A stretch of DNA of 64,000 nucleotides from Camelus dromedarius (GCF_036321535.1 NC_087447.1:52640001-52704000), one strand, 5' to 3'. Counted from the stretch's first letter, positions 10,996 through 22,618 are shown. Notes: a model not told the origin generated them from the letters alone. Numbers and translations: made by a program.

Positions 10996-12450
10996 ACTGA
11001 ATCAGTGCACACTGTTTTCACCTCCCTGCCTCCATCCAGCACCTCTGGTGAAAGCTCAGCTTTTCTAGCTCTCCCTGTCCCGCCCGCCCAGCGCGACATT
11101 CTTTTCCAATGGACTCAGTGGTGAGAGGAAGATGGAAAGCATTTGGCCAGAGCGCCGCCCTCATTAACTCCCTTGTCTCTCCATCTGTTATCTATCAGGA
11201 ACCCCTTTGCAAGGAGGCAGGTGACCAATAAAAGCCCTCCCATTTCCCTTTGTCTTTGGGCCAGTGCGTGACACTGCAAAGCCGTCTGCAGCCGTGTGAT
11301 CTGGAGCTGGAGCAGAGGCTTTTCTGGGCTCCGGAAAAGAAAACTGAAGTTCACAGCCAACTTGGAGGCAGCAGCCGGGCCCAGCTGGCCCCCTCGGTAG
11401 GTCAAGAGAGAGTCTGAAAACCAGCAAATGACACTGCAAACACAGCAGAGTAAGGAGGTTATTACTCACAGCCCAGAGAGCGCCAATTTAAATGAGTTCT
11501 TTATTCCCCAAGGACATTGAAAACATTCCTTGATTTATAAAAGGGAGATCCGCACTCTAGTTTTTCAAGAACTTGCAGTTTACAGAAAGTAAGTTCCAAG
11601 GAGTCCATGTCAATGGTAAATGCTCAGCAAATGTGAATGGTCATTACATCAAACATTTGCTGAGGACTTTACACTGGTTGCTGGTAGGACACGGGTTTGG
11701 CTCTGAGTTTCCTGGCAGCCAACAGGAAACGGCAAACACGATCTATTTTCCAATTCCTAGCATCCACAAGTGTGCTTACAATATGAACCCAGGATGAGGG
11801 CGACCATTAGTGGTACTGAAATCAGAGAGAGAGATTTCCCACAGGTCCTCGTAGGACAGACAGTGCACAAGTTCAGGAATAGCCCTGCAAGATTACGCAG
11901 GGGCCAGCTGCCTCAAGTTGCCTGCTGCCCTTCCTTATCAGTATCTGACTGCAGGGAAGCTGTTGCTACCCATCTCTCTGAGACACCGGAGCAGCAGCTA
12001 AAAAATGGCTGGAATGGCTTCACATCCTAGGCCACCAGCACCCAGCATCCATCTTTTGGCCTTCATGTTTTGTCAGTAAAGAAATTAGAGTATTATTAAT
12101 CAACCAATCAGTCAAATAAGCCTCATTACCATTAAAGAAGAGAAAGTAAGCTTTATTTATGCAATTATAAGGCATTTAAAAAACAAAGAGATTATTATTA
12201 ATACTTGAGCCTGGCAATCTTCCCAGAGTGGTAAACCAGCAAGGGCTTTGTTCTTGAAGAGGCAACACAGCAGTTACAGATTCCTGCCTCCCTGCTCCAA
12301 GTTCCTGACCTGCGAGATGCCTCCTGAATATTCAGGAGGGTTCTGAGGGCCCCGCTGCCTTCAGCGCTATTTGGGGAAAACAGCAGTGGGTTGGAAGTCA
12401 GGGGGCTGGTGTATTTTGTGACTCTGGCCAAAACAAACAGCCTCTCTGAG

Positions 12451-12920
12451 CTGTGGTTTCCCAGCAGTAGCATGTTAGAAACTGAACGAAAATCACTGGT
12501 AGAGCTTTTAAAAAAATATTTGGTCTCCATCCCTATTTCAGACCCACTGAATCAGAATCCCTGAGGGTGGCACCCAGGAAATGGTGTGTTTAAAAAGTGT
12601 TCCACAAACTTATTGTTACCAAAGGGGAAAAGGGTAGGGGGGATAAATTAGGAGTTTGGGATTAACATATACAATCTACTATATACAAAATAGATAAACA
12701 ACAAGGTCCCACTGTATAGCACAGGGAACTATATTCAATAGCTTGTAATAACCTATAATGAAAAAGAATATGAAAAAGGATATATATATATATATATAAT
12801 TGAATCACTATGCTATACACCAGAAACTAACATAACATTGTAAATCAACTGTATTTCAATTAAAAAAAAAAAAAGTGTTCCAGGTGATTCTAGAATGTGA
12901 GCAAGGATGGCCAACCACAA
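12451..12920 (+). mobile_element. MER5A-type hAT MITE interrupted by an L1
   Basis: ctgtggtttccc...cagacccactgaatcagaatccctgagggtgg...| ccaggtgattct...aaccac. Confidence 0.75.
12605..12869 (+). mobile_element. Cetartiodactyl-type L1 3' end
   Basis: caaggtcccactgtatagcacagggaactatattcaa...caccagaaactaacataacattgtaaatcaac plus poly(A); TSD aaaaagtgttcca (12592-12604, 12870-12882). Confidence 0.9.
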
Positions 12921-13470
12921 CCTGGTGGCTCTCTAGGTCCATTCTATCTTTGATCTTATCAGCACTTGGGATTTCTTAGAGCTTTCTGATCCAGGGCCTC
13001 AGGCACAAGTGTCTGCAGTAGGCCCATGGGTAACCTAAAGAATGAGGTGGGCCAGGTATGGGGAAAGATGCTAACCTGCCTTGAGACTAAGCATAGCACC
13101 TGCTGGTTTATATTGTTTTGAAGACATGGTGCAGGAAAATACAAATGGCTAAAACCAAAATATTTGCCAGCGACATACAACCCACAGGCTTCAGTGTGAG
13201 ACCCCTGATAAATGGACAGATCCCAGTCCCTGCATGCGGCCAACTCACTGGCCTGTGACACAGAAAACTGCACACCTGCTGGTGACACATGCCACCCCTT
13301 AACTTGACTTTGTATCAGAGGTCCCAGGCGCAGAGGGGACATTCAATAAACACCATGTGCACAAATGAATGGGTGAACCAAGGCGTATGAATGGGAATAG
13401 GCAGACCCCAGATGTTACTTAATTCTTGAGTTTCACAGTGTATGACACTAAAAAGTTGAGGCATCTGGGC

Positions 13471-13766
13471 CTGCTTGTTCCACTACAATAGCCACTGGCC
13501 ACGTGCTATAAATATATCTAGCCCAAATTGATATGTGCTATAAGTATACAGTGTACAACCATCCCAAAGAATGATAATGAAAAATAAGAATTTAAAATTT
13601 TTTATTGATAAATGTATATATTAATTACAGGTTGAAGTGATATGATTTTGAATATCTCATGTTAAATAAAACACATTATTAAAATTAATTTCACCTGTTT
13701 GATTTCATCTTTTAAAATGTGACTACTAGAAAATTTTAAATATTATATTTCTATTGGAAATGACTG
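13471..13766 (-). mobile_element. MER33 (hAT-Charlie)
   Basis: aaaattaatttcacctgttt...aatgtgactactagaaaattttaaat...tatatttctattgga is the reverse complement of MER33. Confidence 0.8.
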
Positions 13767-14039
13767 CTATGAGCCATTTTATTTTATTTTTTTTCAAGTA
13801 TGTATCCTTGTCTTCATTGTATGTGAGTGATTTTTTTTCTCAACATTTTTCTCCCAATACACTTTATCCTCCTCTCTTCTTTCCTCCTTATCTTCTACTA
13901 GGATCATCATATGAGAGATGGAGAGTAGGGATTTGGAAAAAAAAACAAACTTGTCTTTCTCCAGGGCTGGGAGGATAGACTTCTCTAGTCCCATCTCCCT
14001 CCCACTGGCCAAGGTGTTTCCTTGTAAATGACCAGAGCA

Positions 14040-14385
14040 GCTGTCTCAGGTCCCTCCCCCAAAGATTTCCTCTGCCTGGATACCCTTTCCATTTCTCACT
14101 TAGGGAACTCTTACACATCCTTCAAGACCCAGGGCAAATGCTGCCTCCTCTGTGAAGTCCACACTCATCTCCCAGCTGAAGTCAGGAACACCCCCATTTG
14201 CCTCTGTTAGCACTCAGCTGCTGTTGGCTGCTGTGACAATTCTCCCAGGAACACTCCTGATCTTTTGACCAGTTGCTCTCCTTCATAATACCTCTTGAGA
14301 GCGGGGTTGGTCTACTCTTCAGTGTGTTCCCAAGGCCTGACTCAAGATCTGACACATGCTGAATACGTGTTGGATGACTGCATGG
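14040..14385 (+). mobile_element. L2 3' fragment
   Basis: catccttcaagacccagggcaaatgctgcctcctctgtgaag...ctcttgagagcggg...gaatacgtgttggatga. Confidence 0.7.
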
Positions 14386-14419
14386 CTCTTTGTCATCATT
14401 CAATGTCAGAGGGAAGTAT

Positions 14420-14560
14420 CTTTATTCATTCCTTCATCCCCTCAACAGATACTCACCGAGCGCCTACCATATACCAAGCATACCAAGCACAGTCTAGGCC
14501 CAGAGCACACAGCAATGAGCCAAGCAGACGGAAATGCCTGCTCTCGTGAGCATTAAAGCT
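14420..14560 (-). mobile_element. L2 3' end
   Basis: attcattccttcat..tcaacagatactcaccgagcgcctaccatatacca. Confidence 0.65.
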
Positions 14561-15109
14561 AGTGCTGGAAAGTACCTCCATCATCCCGAGGCCCAGATGT
14601 TCAGTAAATATTCAAAACTGCGGCTGCTAGAGAGGAGAAATGATGGGGGTGGCAGATAAGTTCCTGTGCCCCCGCCCCATGTTTCTGAAAGGCACCTGCC
14701 CTTACATTTGCTGCTGGTCTCACCAGCGACTTCCTTAACGGCCTGTACAGCCCGCCACGTACACTGTGTATTAAAGAGTTTAGGAGGTGCAATAACAGTG
14801 TGACAGAAGGTGTTTATTGGTTCTGACGGAGATGGAGGAGGTTCTGAACTGACCAAAGCACAGCTTTCCCTTTTCTTACAGGCATAGCAGAAGTGACCAA
14901 GAAGACTGGGAAGACTTTCAGAATCATCTAGAAAAAGTAAACATAAAAGAAAAAATTGAAGCCATTGCATTCTTTAGACGAAGGCTCTTTGTCCTTCAAT
15001 ACCATAGAATTTGGAGGGAGAGAGATATATGATGAGATACATACCAGCGTAGGACAAAAGCTCCCATCACTGGCAGGTGGACATTTCCTTTGAAGATTTC
15101 ATGGAGCCT

Positions 15110-15510
15110 CGAGCACAGCCTGTACAGAACCAGCTCCTCGTCTTCCCTCCAGTCTCAGAGAATGACCCCACCATCTACCTAATCACTCCAGCCAGAAACT
15201 GGGAGCCACTCCTGTTGCCTTCCCACCATCCACGTGTAGTCAGTCATTGAATCTTATCAGTTCTGATTCCTACACACGTCTCTCCATTCACTGCCTGCAC
15301 CAGTGTCCAGCCCACCATCACACCCCCACCTGCTCCTGCAAAGCCTTCTCATGTACCTCCATGAGTCTACTCTGGACACAGTCCCCTCCCCCGCCACACC
15401 CCAGTGTTCTGCAGAGGACACCCACCCTATTCAAATCCAGAGATGAGTCTCCTAGCCTGAGAAGAAAGTCTGAAGTGCCTCACTGCCCAGCCCATAATCC
15501 TGACCCTTGA
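15110..15510 (+). mobile_element. L2 fragment
   Basis: ccaccatctacctaatcactccagccagaaactgggag...cagtcattgaatcttatcagttctgattcc. Confidence 0.6.
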
Positions 15511-15544
15511 GTTGGAAGGATGAAGGTTGATGCTGGGAAAACTA

Positions 15545-15815
15545 TCTGGATTGATGGAGGCGAGTGGAGGGAATACGTTTTGGAGTCTGACACACCTGGC
15601 TTCAAATCTCAAATCTTTCACTGCCTTGCTTTGTGACCTCGGACAAATAAACATCTTTGGTCCTTGGTTTTCTCATGTGTAAAAAGAGACAGTCATTCTT
15701 AGCTCTGTGACATAGACTCTCTTCGCCTGTATACTACGTACCATAGAGAAAAGTGACACAAGCCATGTGTAGCACTCACACATGATAAGTTCTCAATAAA
15801 TGGCAGTTAGCTAAA
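15545..15815 (+). mobile_element. MIR
   Basis: tttggagtctgacacacctggcttcaaatctc...tgtgacctcggacaa...ctcaataaatggcagtta. Confidence 0.8.
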
Positions 15816-15952
15816 AAGATTATTTTCAGATAGTAGCTCTTTTTCTCCTTAGTGAAAACTGTCATTCCTACAGAATTCTGGCCTCGCTCCAGATGAAACA
15901 CTTCATTACTGGAAAGTCCCAGATGCCTGTATAACCTTCTCTACATTGATTT

Positions 15953-15974
15953 TGTGTGTGTGTGTGTGTGTGTG
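15953..15974. repeat. (TG)11 microsatellite
   Basis: Read directly. Confidence 0.95.
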
Positions 15975-16237
15975 ATGTGTGATAGTCGAACCCCCTTCTA
16001 GTGAAACTGAGATGGAAGATCCTTTCTTTTTTCATCCCGTGAGGGCCAGGTGTCTCCGGGTTTTTCAAACTTTGAGCTTCTTGACATCAATGTAAAGAAG
16101 GAAACATAATCAGTTATAAAATCCCTTTTGTTCAAGAGATAAAAAGAAAGTGTTTAGGAAAAGGACAAACCATTCCGGTACTGAGACCACAGAGAAACTT
16201 CTCCCCTCTGAACTCAAAGCGAGAGTCTGGGGTGATA

Positions 16238-16453
16238 CAGGGATCAGCCAGGTTTTCCCTAAAGGGCTGGGTTGTAACTATTTTAGGCTTTGAGGGCCAC
16301 CTGATCTCCTCTGCAACTACTCAACTCTGCCACTGCAGCACAAAAGCGGCTGCGTAGACAATATGTCAACGAATGAGTGTGACTGCGTTTCATTAAAACT
16401 TTATTTACAAAAACAGGCAGCTGGCCCCCGGGCTGCAGCTCAACTGATCCCTG
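16238..16453 (+). mobile_element. MER58A (hAT-Charlie MITE), full length
   Basis: Perfect 10-bp TIR cagggatcag/ctgatccctg; 8-bp TSD gggtgata/gggtcata; body caactactcaactctgccactg...aaaactttatttacaaaaacaggc. Confidence 0.9.
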
Positions 16454-16580
16454 GGGTCATACAATGAGCTACATTCCTGCTGTCTGACTTTGAACAAGTC
16501 ACTTCTGCAATTTGAACCTCAGTTCAAAATACCAAAGATGGGAGTTACTGGCTTGACTGAGAACTAAGTGAAATAAAAGA

Positions 16581-17149
16581 TAGCCAATCCTCATTTGTGG
16601 AATATGCATCTGCGAAATTTGCCTACAATTATTTGTCACCCCACATCAATACTCATTACGTGGTTGCGGTCATTCACGGACACGCGGAGACTGGGGGAAT
16701 TTGGGTCTCCTGGCGCGTGCATCCCCAGCGGGGCTGGAGCGAGGCAAGGCTCTGTGGTCTAGTTTCCTGTAAACAAGTATCCTTCTCGTGGTCTATTTAG
16801 CGCCCCATTTTTCACATTTTTGCTGCTGATTTTACTGTTTAAAATGGCCCCAAGCACACTGCTGAACTGCTGGTTAGTGTTCCACAGCAAGGCTCTGACG
16901 TGCCTTCTGAGAAAATCCGTGCATTAGACGAGCTTGGTTCAGGCATCCGTTACAGCGTTGTTAGCTGTGAGTTCAATGTTAATGAATCAACAATGCATAT
17001 TTTAAAAGGGGCTTTTAAATAGAAATACACATGAAAAAAAGATTACGCATTGATCGGCTGATGAAAATGTGACCAGAGGCTCATAGGCACCTAAACTCAG
17101 TGTTCGCGGCCACTTAGAACCCAATACCCAGAATAGTGAGAACCGCCTG
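16581..17149 (+). mobile_element. MER82 (TcMar-Tigger non-autonomous)
   Basis: ctgtaaacaagtatcctt..tggtctatttag...ctgtttaaaatggccccaagc...gtgagttcaatgttaatgaatcaacaat...gtgaccagaggctc. Confidence 0.85.
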
Positions 17150-18369
17150 TGTATGAACACATTGTCCAGACTAGTCACCAACAGTCATGCTATTATAAAC
17201 TCTCAGTCAGTAACAATGCTGTGACTATGCTGTTGTTAGCAGTGCATCACAAGTCTTATTTTCCCACGCTGCAACAATGCTATTACTAATTAGCCATGCT
17301 AGTTTAATTCTATTTGTATTATTTAACAAGAGTGCTATATTGCTGTTATTAAGTGCCTTTATCCAAATTCAACCAGAGAATGTATCCACGGCTTTTTTCC
17401 CTTGACTTGCTGAAGGCAAAATACCAAAAAGAAAGCCTTTCTGCTGACTGTTTTCCAGGGGCTCCTGCAGACAGAAAACAGAAATAAGTGCTCCTTGCAG
17501 CAGGGGTTTGGGGTAAAGAGCAGGGTGGCTCCATCCAGGAGGCGAGCTGAGAGCTGCACCTGGCAGGGCCTTGTGGAGGGGCCCTGCTGGAGAACACAGG
17601 GACTCTCACCTGCTCAGATGCCAGGCGGACACTGAAAGGAGAGTCCCTCTCCTTGCTGCCCTAGTTAAAATGCCAGCCTGGTATTTATTTGTTTGCTCCC
17701 AGACAGATGCCAATTATAGGGGGCTGGGGAAGGAGACAACGGCCTCGATCTGATTGACAATGGCTGTTGAACAAGGAGCCTCTGTGGCATGTTTAATGAA
17801 AAGGCCACTGTGTTTTTATTGCATCTATTTGATTTTAGAGTGTCGTTTATAAAAATAATTCAGCCAGCAGGATTAACTGCTTCTGGGCTTTCTCTCCTCC
17901 CTGCAGCTCTGTGGGTGTCCCCTCTCCCCACTCTCCTTCCTCCCTCTCCCCACAGCAGGTTCCCTTCCAGACCTACACGGGCCTCATGGAGAGGTGAAGG
18001 CCTGCACCTGGTCCAGGACTCCCCAGTTGCTCCTGGATTTGTTCGCACCCCTCTTCCCAGCACCACCTCTGGACTGACTGCCTGCAAGAGCCTCTCAAAC
18101 TTGCTTCCCTCAGTTGTTCACGATCCAGAAGGTTCCTTTTCCCCACAAGGCTTCTGGAAGGCTGTAGGGCAGCTTTGGGGCCAGGGAGTGTAACTGGTGC
18201 TCATGCCTGGGGCCGAGCACAGCACACAATGTGCCATCCAGAAAGATCCCCCCAGAATTTTAGTCCCTTTGCCACTTTGTAGCCAAAGCAATTTAGTTTC
18301 TAGTCCCACAATCTAATTACCAAATTGCATAGTATATGCATTATAGCCAAATAAATCTGCTACACATCT

Positions 18370-18740
18370 TTTGAAAATCTAATTACCATACTTCTACACT
18401 CAAAACTCTTACATGACTTAGTATCACCACATAGGATCAAGTGAGAAACTCCTCAAGTCTTAGGCCCGTCTACCTCCCCAGTGTATCTCCTCTCACTGCT
18501 CCCCACTGACCATGGTCCCCATCCCCACCCCAACACCCCCTTCATTTAGATCCCAGCTCTGCCTGCTGATCATATTCTATCTTCTGTCTCCCTCCTTCCC
18601 TGACAAATGCCTACTCATCCTTCAAGGCGTTCTTTCAGTATCACCTCCTCCAGGAAGCTGGCCATGATTCCTCCCAACCTCAGGCTGCCTCTCTGTGCTC
18701 CCCTTGTAGAATATGTATAATTTGCAGGGCAGTTATCGTA
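18370..18740 (+). mobile_element. L2 fragment
   Basis: aaatgcctactcatccttcaagg...tcacctcctccaggaagc...gcctctctgtgctccc. Confidence 0.7.
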
Positions 18741-19962
18741 CTAGACAGCCCCAGGCAGGAAGCAGGAAGGATTCGGTGCCCAGCAGAGAGCCAGTCTGAC
18801 AGAAGCAGCCCACTGGGAGGAAGAAGAGCTCCCCTCCTCCCCACTAGAAGCAGCTCTGTCTCTTTCTGCTGCATGTGTTAGGATTTCATGAGAGAATTTG
18901 TTTGAAGAAAACTTCCACTGTCGCCCAAATTTTGGAAATGTTCCAGGTCACTGAATTTGTCTGATGTGGAAATTAAGGCGCCCAGACTTCTTCCTGATGG
19001 AGTTGAGTCAGCCTGAATATAAAAGGCCTGCCAGTCATGGTCCACCTCGCTGGCCAGTGAGAATCTTGAGATGTGGAGTGAGAGAAGGCTGGAAGGGGAA
19101 GGCTCAAACTGAACTCAACGGCCAGCCTTCCTGACCCGCCTGATGAGGCACCTTCCCAGGAGCAGTCACTCCTTGGCAGAGGCCACGGGATGTTAAGCAG
19201 GAAGACAGGTTCCCACTCACAGAGCCTTTCTTCTATCTTTCTAAAGGACTTCAGAGATGGTAAAGCCACTTGCTCCTGTACATTTTTATGTCTGTGCATT
19301 TTTTTTTCACTGCCCACACCATTCCAGAATATTCTACGTGCTGGTCTTTGGTCTATAAGAGACCACAGTCTCTCTGTGGGGCAAAGGGGGTGAACTGTGT
19401 TCACCTTTGTCCTTCCGAGGGGCCCTGTGTCTGCTGAGCCCACTTCCCCATCTTACCACGGGGAACCAGGTCCAGCCTGCTGAGGGCCCTGCCCGAGGCA
19501 CCTGCTGTTTAACCATGGAGCTGGGTGGAACCCAAGTCTTCAGACTCCCATTGCTCACCCACAAGCCCTGGACTTGCCCAGTGGTGCCAGTGGGGGCTCC
19601 TCAGCCCACCAGCACCCCCTGGGCTGGGAGCAGAGGCAGTGGTGGTATGTGACCTGGCATTGCCTGATGGGGAAGACTACCTTGTAACTAACTCCTCAAC
19701 GCCAGGAAAGGGGAGAAGGTGAAGCAGACATCTATTTCCTGTGCACTGAGCACTAGCTGTATACCAGAGACCTGGTCAAACACACACAGAGCCTATAGCC
19801 AAGTAGCAGGATTACACAGGTTATCTCATTTGGTTCCCATAGCAACCCCAGAGGGTGGTGACTTCTGTCCCCATTTTCCAGGTGACAAATCAAGGCCAAG
19901 AGTCAATGGCAAATTAGGGATTTTCAGACTCAAGTTTTCATGACTCCAAAGCTCAGAGTACA

Positions 19963-20032
19963 TTTTTTTTTTAACTGAAGTACAGTCAATTACAATGTGT
20001 CAATTTCTGGTGTACAGCACTACGTCCCAGTC
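19963..20032 (-). mobile_element. Short young L1 tail (camelid-like), antisense
   Basis: Reverse complement reads gactgggacgtagtgctgtacaccagaaattgacacattgtaattgactgtacttcagtt-A10; adjoins a MIR. Confidence 0.8.
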
Positions 20033-20790
20033 TAGCTCGGGTGCTTTAATACCACCTATGTCCCTGCCTCCTGGGTTGACTCACTCCATCCTGAGCTCCA
20101 CTCCACAGCATCGTAACAAGGTCCAGCCAGTGCAAGTTCAGTCCCATTCAGTAATCATTCCCTGAAGGCCAACTGTCCATGACCCGCCGGGGGCCATGGG
20201 GATAGAGATAATCGAGGCACAGTCTTGCCCTCCCAAAGTGGAAGACTTCATTTCAGCAAGAAGCGGTGGATGGAGGAAGGCAAGGCAAAGACTTTTCAAA
20301 AGAAACTAGCATCTATGGCATGCTTATTGCATGCTAGACGTGTTCTGAAGGCTTCTTATGATTCCTCATGACAGCACCATGGGGAGATTCTACTGTTATT
20401 CCCTGTATTACAAACACAGGGATTTGAGACTCAAAGTGATTTTTGTCATCTGTCCACAGTCACACTCTTCTGAGGACAGAGGCCTAGCCTGAAGACAAAG
20501 CCTGTGCTAGACTCAACCTTGCATTATACCCAAGGGTTCAGAAAGGTTTCCTGGGAGCAGGTGGCTTTCTGGCCACAGTAGTATCCTAATTTCTTTCTCC
20601 TAGGAATCCTTATAAAAACAGAGGTAATTCACTGGAGATTTTCTAAAAAGTCCTCCCCTGATTTTGGTCCTAGGGAACACACTGCTCTCCTCCAGTGTGC
20701 CATAGGCATTGTTACCCCACCCCTGACCCAGCCCCTTCTCACCCACTAGCTCCTTCTTTTGTTCTCACCCAGCAAGGTCCAGATCACTTC

Positions 20791-20807
20791 CAGCGCCCCC
20801 TGGAGGC
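20791..20807 (-). promoter_or_regulatory. Strong CTCF core motif
   Basis: Minus strand GCCTCCAGGGGGCGCTG vs consensus GCCACCAGGGGGCGCT; one core mismatch, CpG retained. Confidence 0.65.
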
Positions 20808-21098
20808 TTCCTCGCTCCAGCTCAGACACACAACCACCTCTTCCCCTAACTCCTCTAGCAGATCTCAGATCTGGGGGTTGAGGGAGTAAAAAGAGGACTC
20901 AACTTGTGAAGAGTCTCACATTTACAAGACATTGGGGCTGGGTGGTTTCACATAAGTATATCTTTTAATCTCACTTTGCTCCTACACTACTTACTGCATG
21001 AAGCAGGTGTTATCATTGACACAGAAGAGAAAACAAGTCAGAGAAATGAAAAGCCATGTTCAAGTTCACCTAGCTTGTGAGCACCAGAGTGAGAATTA

Positions 21099-21878
21099 CA
21101 GGCAGACCTCAGAGACATGGTGGGTTCAGCTCCAGACCACAGCAATAAAATGGATATCGCAATAAAGTGAGTCACACGAATGTTTTGGTTTCCCAGTGCA
21201 TATAAGTTATATTTACACTATACTGTAGCCTATTAAGTGTGCAATGGCATTATGTCTAAAAAACAATGTACATACCTTAATGAAAAAACACTTTATTGCT
21301 GAAAAATGCTAACCATCATCTGAGCCTTTGGGGAGTTGTAATCTTTTTGCTATAGTAACATCAAAGATCACTGATCACAGATCACCCAACAAGCATAATA
21401 AGCATGAAAAAGTTTGAAATATGGCGAGAATTACCAAAATATGACACAGAGACACAAAGTAAGCGAGTGCTATTGGAAACACGATACCAGTAGACTTGTT
21501 CCACACACGGCTGCCACAAACCTTCAATTTACAAAGAGTGCAATACAGTCATCCCTCGGTATCTATGGGGGATTGGTTCCAGGAAACCCTGGGTGTTCCA
21601 AAATCTGCAGAAGTTCAAGTCTTTCATATAAAATGGCAAAATACAATGAACGCAGTCAGCCCTCTGTATCCTCAGGTTTTGCACCATGGATTCAACCAAC
21701 CAACCAATTGAAACATCTGTGGTTGGTTGATTGAATCTCTAGATGCAAAACCCACTAATATGGAGGACTGACTATATTTATTGGAAAAAATCTGCATTAT
21801 CAGTGGACCACACAGTTCAAACCGATGTTATTCAAGGATCAACTCTATCTGAAAAGTGAAATAAAATGCGATCTGTTT
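21099..21878 (-). mobile_element. Internally deleted Tigger1 derivative
   Basis: TA|caggcagacctcagaga...gcaataaagtgagtcacacgaa... is joined directly to tagtaacatcaaagatcactgatcacagatcacc...ccacaaaccttcaattt, i.e. both Tigger1 ends with the transposase deleted. Confidence 0.85.
21546..21845 (+). mobile_element. MER2/MER8-like Tigger MITE nested in the Tigger1 derivative
   Basis: TA|cagtcatccctcggtatctatgggggattggttccagga...cagttcaaaccgatgttattcaaggatcaactc|TA; TA target duplication. Confidence 0.8.
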
Positions 21879-22612
21879 GACTCTCAAGTCCACATTCTTA
21901 GTTTACTGTGCCGATACGGTGTTTGTCTCCAGGAGACGTGTGTCCACCCGTGACCAGATGGTGCGCTCCTTGCAGGCAGGAATAGTGTTATCGCTATAAA
22001 TTCTGAGGCCTGAACTGCACACGGCATGTCCTAATAATTACTCATCTAAAATTTTCTCAAGTAAATGGATATTTTAAATGTCCCTCTATCTTCAGTGTTC
22101 AGCAGTGTGCTCCATATTTTGTAGGTATCAAATGAAGGATATATTTTCTTTTCTAAAATTTAAGACAAATATTTCATTAACAGTTCAGCTTAGCGTGGAT
22201 GATTTTGCACTCCCCCACTCCCACACACACACATACACAAAGTACAAGACAGAGCTATTCTTGCTAACATTTCATTGCTATTCCAACTTAATTATTGTAA
22301 CCCTGGTTAACTCCCGACCTAGGCAGAAAATTAACTTCAGCCTACTCTGGATTTCACTCTTGGCCCCTTATGTGGCACGTAGATGACTTTGAAGCCCCAG
22401 ATTTATGGAGCAGTGTGAAGTGATGGAAATGTATTATTTCTTGTATCACATTTGGAAGATCTGAGTTTCTAGACCCTGCTCCGAGTAGCTTATTAACATG
22501 ACTCCGTCTGGTTAATCTCCTATACCTTAGTTCTTCAAAAGAAAAGCAGTCTCAGGTTTCAACTAAAGCTCTGGTGTTCTGTGAATCAGGCAAGAGGACT
22601 TCTGAGGTTCCA

Positions 22613-22618
<6 letters not shown>

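Noticed and set aside
14040..14560. Tail-to-tail L2 pair, the geometry that gave rise to miR-28/miR-151
   Set aside because: I could not find a long complementary stem across the junction by eye
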